Assembly (NCBI GenBank): GCA_013115125.1
Contig: JABANN010000107.1
Coordinates: 1 to 64,000 of the forward strand
Length of the DNA: 64,000 nt
From: Perkinsus olseni
Taxonomy: Eukaryota
Reading direction: 5' to 3'
Shown: positions 50,889-62,905 of the stretch, in pieces
How the letters are laid out: each line of letters starts with the position of its first letter
Numbering within the stretch: position 1 is the stretch's first letter
Notes under the pieces: model-generated
The model's database searches: none
Seen by the model: only the letters and a program-made list of their open reading frames with translations
Told to the model about the DNA's origin: nothing
Made by a program: the position numbers and the translations under genes

Positions 50889-51848
50889 TTATGTTGGGGA
50901 TTGTCGGGCTTATGTCTTAACGTGGAGTATCTTTTTGAACCTCGTATTGGAGTTGAGTCAAGTTCGAGTAATACCGCACAGTCCCACCATCAGTCTATCA
51001 GAAGGTGCTTCTCAAGTCTGGACCCCTTCAACTCGGGTTCAGCGCGGCAGTCGTCGGTTACGGCCAGCTGGAGAGGCTTTGGTTCGAGGATGACAGATAG
51101 ATGAATGGTAGTAGTGGGATGTGGCACTCGCCCCCTAGCATACGCCTTGTCGACTGACCGACCATCATCATTGCATCTACGGCGCACTGGAAAGATGCAA
51201 CACGGGAAAAGGAGGCCACTATGGCGCGCGGCGTGGGTAGGGGGGTTGAACTATCAAAGCACTGGGCCAGTATTCGCTAACCGCTGTCTGCTGCTACGTG
51301 TTATAGTGACCTCATTTTGAATTTTTCCCGTTACAAGAGCCAGCATCATTTCCCTGATCATCGTCTCCTGGTGCAGCTCTGAGGGGCCACTGCTCTGCGG
51401 TCCACAGGTTGTGGATGACCGTCCTCTCAGTCCTTGAATGGTTGTGGGTAGCTGGATGGAGCTTCTCTGTCGGGCTTACCCACTCTTCCTACACTCCTGT
51501 ACTACCGGCCGGGCGGTTAGGGGTCGTGGGCGGCTCTCATGTGCCGCCGCAGCCTGTAGGAGAATTCGACTTGTATCTAGGGCTTGTTGCTCGACTGGGG
51601 CCGAGTCTTGGCATCAAGATTAGCGTCAAGACTCAAGCTAGGCCTGCTCAGCAGGCCGTACCTCTGGCCCGTCTCATGACGAAAAGAGTCTCGGCGATGC
51701 TCCCAACAAAGCAGAGGGAGTGTCAACAGCTGACTCCGTGCGGGGATCTATTATTGAACAGAAGGGGAATTTTTGGCGTTGAGTTCCCAGGGTGGCTGAG
51801 CAGAGTGGATCGCTCTAGGGTGTCGATATTCGGGCAGTTTATTCCCCC

Positions 51849-52946
51849 ATGAAGAGCTTCCTCCAAATCCTCGCTTTGGAGTCTCGTCTCTTCGAGACCC
51901 TACTGAAGAGGAGGAGCGGTCAAGCAGAGTGCAGCGGGGGGCTCTTGTTCGTTTTCTCGAGCCTGGTGCCACAGAAGCGATACACACTGGACTGCCCTCG
52001 AGAGGAGATTCTAGTGAGTCCACCACCATCATACATCTTCGTTATGAATGAGGATCTGTGTGGTGTCTATCCCACCCCTACTGGTGTATATATTAGGAAA
52101 CCATTAGAACGTGGGGAGGAGGTCATGGTACTGCAGCCAGGCTTTCAAGGTACCAAGGCTGTCTACTATTACCATAATGACAAATCACAACTATTCGTAT
52201 TGTGTGAGGATAATCGTAAGTTGATTATTTATGACCTGATAACGGAGAAGAGTGTGGCGTACTCCATTCTCGGACTCCCTGGTAACGGCTCCCGCAGCAG
52301 CAAGAACGCCGACCTCGTCTGCAATCCGCTCTTCGCCTTCTTCCTGGCTGCCACTGGACACCTCTTCTGTATCGACTTGCGTACGGTGGACGATGATGCC
52401 TTGCAAGCCAAGCTGATATGGACCAGTCCTCACTCAGCCTCGCCGGAGAGTTCCTACGGGACGGTCAGATGCATGACAGGTGCGCCCGAGGCGGTGATGG
52501 TGACCATGGCTCATGTTGGTGACATCACTACCTATTTTCTCGGTATTGAGCATCCCGAGAAGCCGCCGCTGTATTTCACCGAGCTTTGTAAAACGGTCAA
52601 TAGCCTCGGTCTCCACTTGCCCTCGGATCATGCCGTTATTATACCTTTTGATGACCATCTCAATGGCTTCGTGATGAGGACCTATGAGCATGGCTGCTCC
52701 TATAGACTGTCACTCCTGAGCGACCTCGGTCACTCTATTGACATCGGCTACCGATTGCCGACTCGCCAGAGCCTGCAGATTGTGATTGGTGCCAAGGACG
52801 TTATATACATGATGAGGCAGGACACCTCAATGGTGTCCGCTGCCTACGAGTCATCTGATGGAGGTACTGCTTTGAATGGGGCGGCCAAGCGTAGGCGGAC
52901 CGTTCAGGCCCCCTGCTGGATCTCCACACACTACGTCTTTCTTTGA
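51849..52946 (+). CDS. Tandem family copy 3 (365 aa, intronless)
   Basis: Intact ORF with the same shared core. Confidence 0.88.
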   Translation: MKSFLQILALESRLFETLLKRRSGQAECSGGLLFVFSSLVPQKRYTLDCPREEILVSPPPSYIFVMNEDLCGVYPTPTGVYIRKPLERGEEVMVLQPGFQGTKAVYYYHNDKSQLFVLCEDNRKLIIYDLITEKSVAYSILGLPGNGSRSSKNADLVCNPLFAFFLAATGHLFCIDLRTVDDDALQAKLIWTSPHSASPESSYGTVRCMTGAPEAVMVTMAHVGDITTYFLGIEHPEKPPLYFTELCKTVNSLGLHLPSDHAVIIPFDDHLNGFVMRTYEHGCSYRLSLLSDLGHSIDIGYRLPTRQSLQIVIGAKDVIYMMRQDTSMVSAAYESSDGGTALNGAAKRRRTVQAPCWISTHYVFL

Positions 52947-53186
52947 TTGCTTCATTCTCTTTCGGCTTCCCTCTCCTGAACTTAATTCGTGATGGTGACC
53001 CCTTTGTCGTGGCATCACCATGTGAACCATTTCCTAGCATCTCTCTCAATTTCTTATCCGGTAATGGACTTGAGTTGCCTGGGAAGCTACAAGACAATCC
53101 AGACTGTCTTCGTCTGGAATCGTCGGCTTCGTCACTGGGTGGCAAAGTATCCCTTTCGCATAGTTACTGTAGAGTTGTTTCCGTGA

Positions 53187-54302
53187 ATGAGGCTGCCTGC
53201 AGAGATTATGGCTTTGGAGCTTCGAGTGCTCGAGACCATGCTGGAGAAGTCGGGCAGGTCGGGGACGCTACCCGAGGTTGGGAAGGCATACATGGATTTC
53301 TTGGGCACTCGACCGTGTACGCTGGACTGCCCTCGAGAGGAGGTCCTAGCGAACCCACCACCATCATACATCTTCGTTATGAACGAGGATCTGTGTGGTG
53401 TCTATCCCACCCCTACTGGTGTATATATTAGGAAACCATTAGAACGTGGGGAGGAGGTCATGGTACTACAGCCAGGCTTTCAAGGTACCAAGGCTGTCTA
53501 CTATTATAATAATAACAACAAATCACAACTATTCGTATTGTGTGAGGATAATCGTAAGTTGATACAGTACAACCTTTCCGACTCGCCCGTAGGCCAAGGC
53601 GTGACCACTGAAGTCCTAGGCCTACCAAAAGCTACTGCCCTCAATAAGACCGCATCACAGCTCCTCTACACCGATGACTTCGTCTTTATCATTTTCCCTA
53701 CCGGCCACCTCTTCTGCATCGACCGACTCGATATACGGGACGCGGCCCAGGCGAAGCTCATCTCCGCGGACCGACTCGATGCAGGGAGCACGCGGAGCCT
53801 GCTTTCGGTTCCTGGCGATTCGAAGGCGGTCAAGCTAGCAGTGTTGGGCTACCGAAGATTTAAGATGATTACTCTCAAATTAAAACAGAGGAGAAGCCCG
53901 TTGTACTTTGAAGAGGATACTGAGGAGCTTGACGTGGCATCGAAGCTCGGTGAGACTAACAGTGAGATGATGCTAGTCCAGGATGTAGCCGGCCAGTGTC
54001 TCGCCGTGATGGCCAGGTCCGGCGGAGTTAGCGGGTGCCGAATTTTCCTTTGCAGCAGATCCCTGAGGCCTCTGGGGAAGGCTCTGGTGTTCTCTAATGA
54101 GTACCAGCCAGTGCGCAACCTGCAGGTTGTCTTTGGCGCGGATGATTTGGTATACGTTCTCCGCGAAGATAATACTCTGGTCGAGCGCTTCTTAGAGGAG
54201 GACTATGATCCCGAGTCGGTTCATGAGTCGGAGTTGCGTGGCGACTCAGACGCTGACTACTCGAGAGCCTGCAGGCTGGCCACTTACTACATTTATAGGT
54301 GA
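53187..54302 (+). CDS. Tandem family copy 4 (371 aa, intronless)
   Basis: Intact ORF with the same shared core. Confidence 0.88.
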   Translation: MRLPAEIMALELRVLETMLEKSGRSGTLPEVGKAYMDFLGTRPCTLDCPREEVLANPPPSYIFVMNEDLCGVYPTPTGVYIRKPLERGEEVMVLQPGFQGTKAVYYYNNNNKSQLFVLCEDNRKLIQYNLSDSPVGQGVTTEVLGLPKATALNKTASQLLYTDDFVFIIFPTGHLFCIDRLDIRDAAQAKLISADRLDAGSTRSLLSVPGDSKAVKLAVLGYRRFKMITLKLKQRRSPLYFEEDTEELDVASKLGETNSEMMLVQDVAGQCLAVMARSGGVSGCRIFLCSRSLRPLGKALVFSNEYQPVRNLQVVFGADDLVYVLREDNTLVERFLEEDYDPESVHESELRGDSDADYSRACRLATYYIYR

Positions 54303-55250
54303 ATGCTGTTGATAATTAGAAGTTGAAGAATGGTTGTGAGTGGCGATACCAATTTTTACATTGTCTCATTTGCTGCCACTGGCGTTGTGTCATCAAACTC
54401 GGAGGAGGTGGAGAAGTTGAGGACGGTGTGGTATGGAATCAGTCACGGGGGTTGTAGTTGTCTTGCTCTGAATAAATTTTCTACTTTGATCTGCACGAGT
54501 TGCTAGTTCGCTGGTACTCGGTATCTCGATGGTTCTCTCAGGTCACGCTCACGAGTCAGGCATGTCTCTTTCTCTTGCAGGGGACAGGAGACTCGCCAGC
54601 TCGTTGTTGGAATGGTGCTAAGATGCAATATCAAGTAAACTGAATCAGGTGTATTCCCACCCCTAAGCCCCCATAGTGAACCCTCTAGTTCCCTAGTCTA
54701 CGCGTGGACAGGAACGGGCACTCCGTGCTGTGCACGCTGCTGCGTTGTCGGTAGCGAGTTCCCCGGCCCTGATTAGCGGCCTCGACGCCGTACGTTCTGT
54801 CTCGCTATAGCACCGGTACCTGGACACCGTCCTGGTCTCAGTGCCCGACTGACGGGGTCTTTCCCGTGGATAGCGCCGTAGTTGCTCGCCGAGCTATCAT
54901 TCACACCTCAGAGTTATCCCGTGTTCATTTCATGTGTTACCGTGTCACGAAAATCTGGGCCATCCGTATGAGAATTCTTACCCCCTCTCTTCTCATAACC
55001 ATGCCCACTTGGCCTGCGCCTCAGGTTGCTACTAGTGACAGCCACGGTAATGGGCTGCAACGAGAAGTGAATCCTACTTCAGGTCTAGTGCAATAGTTGT
55101 CCTAGAAGATACCCTAGACAGTGAGGCGTCAGCCCTACTTGGCGCCTCATGACTAGGGGCCACTGGTTGAACTGTTGTGAGATGTGGCCATTGGTTGTCC
55201 GAGTATATCCCTCAACCTTCAGTTCTTTCCCTCTGTGATTTTTCCTCGAT

Positions 55251-56387
55251 ATGAAATTGCCGCCCCACGCCATGGCCTTGGATTTACACCTCTTCGAGTC
55301 GGTGGTGCAGAAGTCTGCCGGTATGGGCTCCTTGCCTGAGTTGATGTGCGAGTTCGCCCCTTACATCGGGAAGAGGGAGCTTACGCTGGACTGCCCTCAA
55401 GAGGAGGTCCTAGTGAACCCACCACCATCATACATCTTTGTTCTGAATGAGGATCTGTGTGGTGTCTATCCCACCCTTACTGGTGTATATATTAGGAAAC
55501 CATTAGAACGTTGGGAGGAGGTCATGGTACTACAGCCAGGCTTTCAAGATACCAAGGCTGTCTACTATTATCATAATAACGAATCACAACTATTCGTATT
55601 GTGTGAGGATAATCGTAGGTTGATTATTTATGACCTGAAAAGCAGCCCCAAGCCAACCAGCATCGTAGTTGAGGTCCTGGGCTTGCCCGGTTCCAAGAGT
55701 AGCTATATGGATGAAAGTGGCGTGGAATTAGCTTGCACTGACGACTTTGTCTTTGTCCTCTCCGGTGCCCAGCGTATCTTCTGCATCGATCGACTTGGGG
55801 TCGTTGATAGCGCCCAAGCTAAGCTCATTTGGTCTGCCCGCTTCACGATGGTTGAGAACAGCCATCTGATGATAGATCCTCGGGAACCTCGGGCTGCGCA
55901 GCTGATATTATCATGTTCTTCCGAGTCACAGCATCCGTGGGTCCTCCTCGCGCTGCAGTTGAAAACCCGCCGAGAGCCTCTTTACTTCAGCAAGGCCTTC
56001 AGCGCGATTACCCCACAGGTGAGTAGAGATGAGGATGAAGATGAGGAGGCTACTGCTGTATACGACATTCAACCTGTTGGTCATCACGTCTTGGCAGTGC
56101 ACCACGCTGCCCCCTTCGTCGGAGAAGAGGCGATCACGCTTTGCAATCGGCAAATGTATGCCCTAGGCCCACCGATGCCTCTGTTGGACCTCTACGAGTA
56201 TCATGAACCACAGAGGAAGCAGCTAGTTTGTGGGGAGAGAGACCTCATCTACACCATTGGTGACGCCTCCTTTGATGCCGCTGACATAAACAATGCCAGC
56301 GCGAGAGTCGGGAATAAGAAAAGAAGAGTCGCCCGAAGACCGGGATCGGCGTCTCTAATTGGATCTTATTACGTTTCTAAGAAGTGA
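55251..56387 (+). CDS. Tandem family copy 5 (378 aa, intronless)
   Basis: Intact ORF; its core carries a few private substitutions (M>L, P>L, G>W, G>D). Confidence 0.88.
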   Translation: MKLPPHAMALDLHLFESVVQKSAGMGSLPELMCEFAPYIGKRELTLDCPQEEVLVNPPPSYIFVLNEDLCGVYPTLTGVYIRKPLERWEEVMVLQPGFQDTKAVYYYHNNESQLFVLCEDNRRLIIYDLKSSPKPTSIVVEVLGLPGSKSSYMDESGVELACTDDFVFVLSGAQRIFCIDRLGVVDSAQAKLIWSARFTMVENSHLMIDPREPRAAQLILSCSSESQHPWVLLALQLKTRREPLYFSKAFSAITPQVSRDEDEDEEATAVYDIQPVGHHVLAVHHAAPFVGEEAITLCNRQMYALGPPMPLLDLYEYHEPQRKQLVCGERDLIYTIGDASFDAADINNASARVGNKKRRVARRPGSASLIGSYYVSKK

Positions 56388-56723
56388 ACGTTACTTCGCT
56401 TTCGTCAACCAATCTCATCTGTCATGAGGGTGCTCCGGGGTCGCGTTCCACAGGTCTGGGCTACTGGGCCAATGCCACAGTGATGTGATCCGGATTCTAG
56501 TAACAGTCTCAGGGTCGAAGTCACAGGCCTCGGTGGGGCGGAGTGCCTCCTCGTCTTTTGAAGTACAGCTGCCGTGACTCCGTGCTTACTTACCAGGTCT
56601 CGCCTCCGGTCGGGTACTGGGCAACTGTCCTGGGGTCCCGGAGGCCTGGGATGAGCGCTGGTACAGGCGTGATGGTCCACCAGAGCTTCTCGGGCCGTCT
56701 CAGATTTGTTCCTCTCCTGTGTC

Positions 56724-58835
56724 ATGTGTAATACAACTGTTCCCAGCGGCCGGGATGAAGCAGCGTCATCTGCTGCCAGCACAACCTCCTCATCGGAATC
56801 GACTTGTTCTGGGGAGCCCAGGCTACCACTGCAAATGGAGATCTCTCTGCGCAGCAAGGTGGGACTGAGTGGGCTTAGAGGATCCTCCCCTGAGACTCCA
56901 GTGGGCGGCACTTCCCCGTTCTTCAGTCCTTAGTAACCATGATGAGTGTACGAAGCAAGGAGTGGTCAGTCATGGACGACCTATGGCGAACCTCTTCTAT
57001 GCTCAACAGACGGGAGAGGCGACCAGGGGTCAACATGGACGTAACGATCGGACTGAGGGACCGATCAATGTCTGACCGATCCTTATCGTCACAGTAGGTT
57101 GACACGCTCCGTGTGGAGAACATGACTTGGCGAATGAGAAACAAGTGGAAGAACCATGTGCCCTCCGAGATAGACTACGAGGATGATGCTAGTGTAAGAA
57201 GAATGCAATTTCGTGGCGCGCGACAAAGCTTGGGTGATCTCAGCCGGACTCTGCAGGCATCGACGAGTCTTGCAAAGGCCTTCTTGACGTTATCAAGGAC
57301 CACAATGAAGATATTGAAGTCGAGACTAGCCGGTAAAATAATGCGGCGGAGCGAAGTTTTTTCTGCTATCTTTGACTGAGCCCATTGCCTCTAGGATCCT
57401 AGCTGGAGCTCCCTTCGCCAGTACCTCTCTGAGCAGCGTCTTCCGTCACGAGTAAGGCAGGCGCCTACCGATCGGGAATCATGCGCAGCTTTCAGTCACT
57501 ACCACGGCTTCCTGCTGGACATGGATGGTGTCCTTCACCAGTTCGGCAAGGCTATCCCTGGCGCCAGTGAGTTCATGACCACACTCAACGCTGGGCAGGT
57601 AGCCGCCTCCTTGGGTCGAGGCTTCTTCTTCACACTTCCATAGGTGCCGTACATGCTGCTGACCAACGAGTGTCGGTACACTACGGAGGAGTTGAGTCGG
57701 AATCTATTGAGCATACTGGGGGTTAGCATACCCGCCAACCAGATCTACACGGCGGCTAACAGTAGGTCGCCACCTGCTCGGCCTCCCGCCGCTACTACGA
57801 TCTCTCAGGTGCTGCGGACTTCTTCTGTCGGCTGATGGCTAACGGCTGGACGGGCGTGGTCTACATCGTCGGTGAGGTGCGTCACGGCTGGGATGAACCG
57901 TCACCCCTGCTAGCATTTGTGTGATCAGATTGGTCTGGTCTCTACGGTGAGGCAGGCCTTTGTCAAACATGGGCTGCCGGAAGACTCGGTTGTCACGGGT
58001 GATACCAGGAGAAGTCGATCGCCGAAAGAAATTGATTACGTCCTCATCGGCTCGGTAACCAGCAATCTCGGTGAACAGAGAAACGCCGCAGCCAGGGATC
58101 GAACCGGCGTGATGCTACGTCCTCCGCCAGGTCCACTCTGACAACACTCGGTACGTCGAGTACGCCTGCTCCTGCGTACAGGAAGGAGCTCGGCTCCTCT
58201 TCACCTGTCCTGATTACTACGAGGTAGACCCTCTCCCCGTCCCTCCACCACATCCACTCCTTAGGTGACGTCGGATGGCAGCTACAAATTCGGCATGCCG
58301 ATGCCGGCGGTTGAGACCATATCCAAAGTAGACGGCCGCCACTACTACTGCTGCTGCTGCTGCTGGGCTTCATAACCGCCTTCAGGTTACTCATGCGTCC
58401 TCGTACAACCTGGGCAAGCCCAACCCACATATGCTCCGAATGGCTCGGCAGCGGTTGCTGTCACAGTATTCCCGTGGCCGCACCCCAGGGCTGGGGCCAG
58501 TCCTTTTTGTTGGCGACTCTCTAGGTGCTTGCTCACCACTGGTGTGTCACCTGTCACCACCCATCTCACAGGTACGGACATCCGTACGGCTATTGAGAAC
58601 GGCATAGACTGCGCCTTGGTCATGAGCGGGTGCACGGATGAACAACAGTTGAAGAGAAGCCCACTCCTCCCAAACTTCGTACCAAATTTCGCCCTATTCA
58701 TCTGCGCTGTTTACCCTCCGTCAGGTTTTTGTGAGTATCAAAGAGCTCATGGCCGCCTATGGGAGCGGCTCGCTGGTGCCTTGCGTCCCCGACCTCCCAA
58801 GCAGCGCTGGGGTGGCCGCAGCAGCAGTGCACTGA
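56724..58835 (+). CDS. HAD-superfamily class IIA (NagD-like) phosphatase with N-terminal extension (multi-exon)
   Basis: Motif I GFLLDMDGVL, motif II MLLTN, motif III NLGKPNPHML, motif IV LFVGDSLGTDIRTAIENGIDCALVMSG. The 5' exons from 56724 splice in plausible phase. Confidence 0.85.
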
Positions 58836-59510
58836 TAACGCTTCACACCCTGTCTATAATGAAGCTTCCTCAGCGTACACGTTACGCGAGGTGTCAATTT
58901 TTTGACGGGCTCGAGTCCTCGGAGAGGATCGTCAATGGTCACTCCCCTCGATCGGTTCCTGTGGATCATCTGATGCTACTCGCGAGATGAGCCAACTAAT
59001 GTGTCCTTATAGACTTAACGGCAGTCTCGCGTTAGTGAATTCATATGAGGAGGCACACGGACATTAGGGAACGTTTCTGGGGGAGTCCGCATGACTGCCT
59101 GTGAGAGTGATGCAGAACAAGAGGACTGGCGAGAGTTTCAGAGAGCGACTTCACCCAGCGAACACTGTGCGGCACCTGACGCGGGCTTGCTGCCCGGACG
59201 TGCAGCTGTCCGTAGGTGCGGGCTCTAAGGAAGACGGGCTAGGTGGCGGTGAAGAAATGGAAGCGATCGCACAGAGGCAGCATGCTACCACTCGGGATAG
59301 CGCTGTGCAGGAAATACAAGCCGGGAGGGGTGACTGTGTGGTCCCAGAGCGCACCAAGAATGGCCAAGTGGGGCCCACTGCGGCCCAGGGTTCAGCTCCG
59401 GGAAAGAGCCGGAGCACTCACGACCTACCCCGGCTCGAGGAACTGATAGAAAAAGCAGTAAACAGGCGATCGGGCATGAAGGTGGTGTAATTGTCATTCC
59501 GGCTGCTCAG

Positions 59511-61759
59511 ATGGAAGACGCCGGGCCGAGTCCAACCCATGAGACCACATCCACTCCGATCTCAGAGTCTAGCAGATCACCCTCTGTCGTGTCCGAGGAC
59601 TTTCACGAGATACGGGTACGAGAAATCTCCTTCGCGGTGCTAGCGTTGGCTCCAGGCTTGCGCGCCCGTCCTCACGGACTACGACCTGGAGGACCAAGAA
59701 GCCAGCAAGATGCGGATCTTCGTCCACTCGGAGTACCGCCGTCTCAGTTATCACACCGAGCCTGCACCTTCAGAGCTCAGGCACGGTCGGCACGCAGTTG
59801 GCTGGTTCACTGATATCTCCTCCCCAGCGGACATACGGGAGTGTATATTCGCCGCGGTGGACAGCATCGTCGATGATGGCGCGAAGGTGTTCAAATTACG
59901 CTCCCGGAAGTCGGGTAAACTACTCTTGTGAGAGTCAGGGCGTTCCGCTCCGCTAAGGTACGATCATCGGCCTGGACTCGGACGAAGATCTCCCCAAACT
60001 CACCAAAGGCGAACACTACGACCTGCTGGTCGGCGACCGCCTGGCCAGCCTTGGTCATGACAATGATGATGCAGCAAGTGTGGGGACGGGCTTCTGCCGC
60101 GGCACTCAACTGTGTATGCTGCAGATGACTCGAGATGGCGGAGGTTGAGGGTATCAATCGACCCCATGAAGCATATGGAGACCACCAAGGCCTTGGAGAG
60201 GTGGCCATGGTCCCACTCATGACTGCCAGGGGTTCGACCATCTGGAATCACTGTCTAGGCGCCTCTATTCGAGTTCGTGATGCTCAATAGCCGAGCCTGC
60301 TCCTGTCTCGGCACTCTTTCATCAGTGCATCAGGATGTGCCGCGGCACCAACCTTCTAAAACACACGGACCATGGCCACCCACACTTGCGGCAATTCCAG
60401 CTCTCGACTGACCACCAAAGGCTGCTGTGGTGAGCTCGTCCTGACTGGTCCACCTTTCGCGCAACTGATTATTATTGATGAGGGTGTTGTGGTTCTCTTG
60501 CTGTTGCCCTGTTCATCGAATGCCGCACACGCTGCAATGCGTAGATGTGGACTCAACCCATCTCCCCATGCGGCAACTTCTCCCCGGCTAGAGCCTATCT
60601 GCAGGTACTCAGCAGGTCAAGACCGCAAGGAGTCCATAATGTCTCTTGCTGACGTGTGTGAGCTCAGGCTCGGACAGCAAACCCCCACTTTCCTCAAGTG
60701 AACCGTCCAAACCTCCCATCACAGTCGAGCGACTTGTTGGCTAGGTATCGGCTGCCTATGCTCCAGCATCTCTCCTTCTCACTCATCTACAAGCCTAGCG
60801 GCAGCGAGAAGGTCACAGCACTGGACCTCACTTGCAAGGACGAATTCGAGTTAGGATTCGGGGAGCACTCGCTCTCACCGGGGTGATATCGTCAGGTACG
60901 ACATCTGGCTGACTGGCCTCAAGGCCCTCCTCTGCGCCCAGCGGAATAGTAGGCGTTGCCTCTAGGCTTAGCCAGGGCAAGCCAGCGGCTAGGCACAATA
61001 TCGAAGGAACAGCTCTTGGCACACTCGAGGAGGTTCAGGGACGCCTTGGAGAAGCAAAAAGTTCGAGTGAAGGTGTGCCCCATTCTATCGTCCTGCTTGA
61101 TCACGACTTTTCAACTCGTAGTTGCTTGAGATGGATGAAGTGAAGGAGCGTGGCACAGTTGGTCTCTATGACTGTGTGAAAGTGTCAGAAAGTGAGGAGG
61201 CCGATATGGTATAATCAGCTCGAGTGTATTGCAGGTGCTTCTCCCAAGCAGCTCCGTGCTAAGCTCGAACGTTTACGAGATCGTCTTAAACACGTCAGGG
61301 CCGCACTCAATCGAGTCTTGGAGAACCGAGGTCCTTCGGAATACCTCGAAGTGCAGCTTTCCGCTACATCATCCTTAGGAGACGAAGAAGCTGTGCGTGA
61401 CCAGGATGGGTCGGCCCCACTCACCGGCGTGGAATGGACGATTTCCTCGGCCGCAGAACCGGCGTACGAACGTGTTAAATCTTCTTCACTCCGGTGATTG
61501 ACACCACTGCTTCAGCTACTCATCACTCCTGTCGGACGTGACTGATGTTGAGGATGAGGAAATGGAGGCCTCGCGTGCGGTTGAGCTCACCGACGGTGTA
61601 CTCTTATCCTCATTTGCTCGTGGCGCCCGAGTACCCAAGCCTCAGGTATCTTATATACTGGATCGAGTCAGCTCCGACCTGCTTACCTTGGAAGGTGAGT
61701 CATTCAGGCGACCACTCGCTGTTTGTGATCATCCTTAACCTGCTCCGCAAGACGACTGA
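59511..61759 (+). CDS. PLC-type PH-domain protein with C-terminal coiled coil (multi-exon)
   Basis: MCRGTNLLKHTDHGHPHLRQFQLSTDHQRLLW-YS...LADVCELRLGQQTPTF..LSFSLIY...LDLTCKDEFEYDIWLTGLKALL matches PLC/PRAF-like PH domains. Confidence 0.8.
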
Positions 61760-62905
61760 GCGGACTTAGGTCGAGGCACACAACCGGCAGGCGACAGGGG
61801 AACTCGACTCCGAGGGCTAGACCAGTCACTTTGGAAAGCCGAGGTCGACATCGAAAATGTCGAGGACATGTAGCTAAGCGATGCTCATTGCAATGCGGGT
61901 CGCGCTGAGCAACGCGAAGCAGGCTGGTGCCATCTCTTCTCAGGCGCCAACGTCTCCTCGAGGCCCGGGATAGGGATTCCGGTAGGGCAATAGGTCTGTT
62001 GCAGAGTCTTTGTCGGGAACACCGGTCACAGGTGCACTGTTCGGCGTACTGCCAGCTCCCCTGGTCGCGGATATGCGCTCTTCCCTGGACGTTATCGGTA
62101 ACCAAGCAGAAGAGACTTTATTCAGCGGTGTAGAAGCCTTGAAGGAGTGAGTACTGCTTCTGAGTCATATCCTTATCGCAGCTCGAGCATTCAGGTTGTT
62201 TGGGAAGGGAAAGCTGGAGGAGAGAGTACAGCTGCCGCCCGGTCCATGACGAGCAATCAGTTTATCGTTCAAATCCGGCTCGTGTTGGCAAGTTGTGCTT
62301 CTTCGGTGGAGGAATCCGCTTGCGATAGTTAGCCGTATAGGAACACGCAAGATACCAAACTACATCCAGGCCACGCCACCTGCCGTCTGTCTCTCGCCGA
62401 GCGCATAGTTGCTGTAGTGGTCGAAGTTGCTGCTTCGTACAGTGCTAGTAGCATGCTAGTAGCACGCTAGAGCCTATGTATTGCTAGAGTTCGAAACGTC
62501 CGTGAGAGGGTGCTGGATTGCACGGCAATAGCAGCAAGTAGGATGTCAACACTCTACCGAAAGCAGAAGTGCGCTTGCTGATTGTGTACCACGGAAGGTC
62601 TCATCCGAGTGATTGAAAAATTGTTGATCGACCGCTGTCGAAGGACGCAAGCAACGGCTTATGACCAGTCACAGGAAGACTAAGCTCGAATCCCGGGACC
62701 CGTCGTAACTAAACTCGGAGTCATCGAGGCTTGAAAATCAAACCATTCGGCTAAGATAAGCCAGAAAACAAATGCTCCAATAATGAAGGAAAGTCACCCC
62801 CTGTTAAGCGGGAGAGAGTCCAGTCAGGACTAGGCAACCCACAGGCGAGCTGAAGAATGGCCTTGAAGGTTTCAGACGGAAACAACTGGACTCCAACAGT
62901 CCGAC

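Noticed and set aside
54645-54665. GGTGTATTCCCACCCCTA resembling part of the shared cassette
   Set aside because: The match is too short and the flanks do not align.
48566-55638. Shared cassette as a diversity-generating retroelement template/variable repeat, or as a CRISPR-like repeat
   Set aside because: Differences between copies are not adenine-specific, no RT gene is adjacent, the repeats are ~240 nt, in frame and kilobases apart, and the context is eukaryotic.
56405-56911. 168-aa minus-strand ORF
   Set aside because: Overlaps the putative first exon of the HAD gene on +; low-complexity and no motif.
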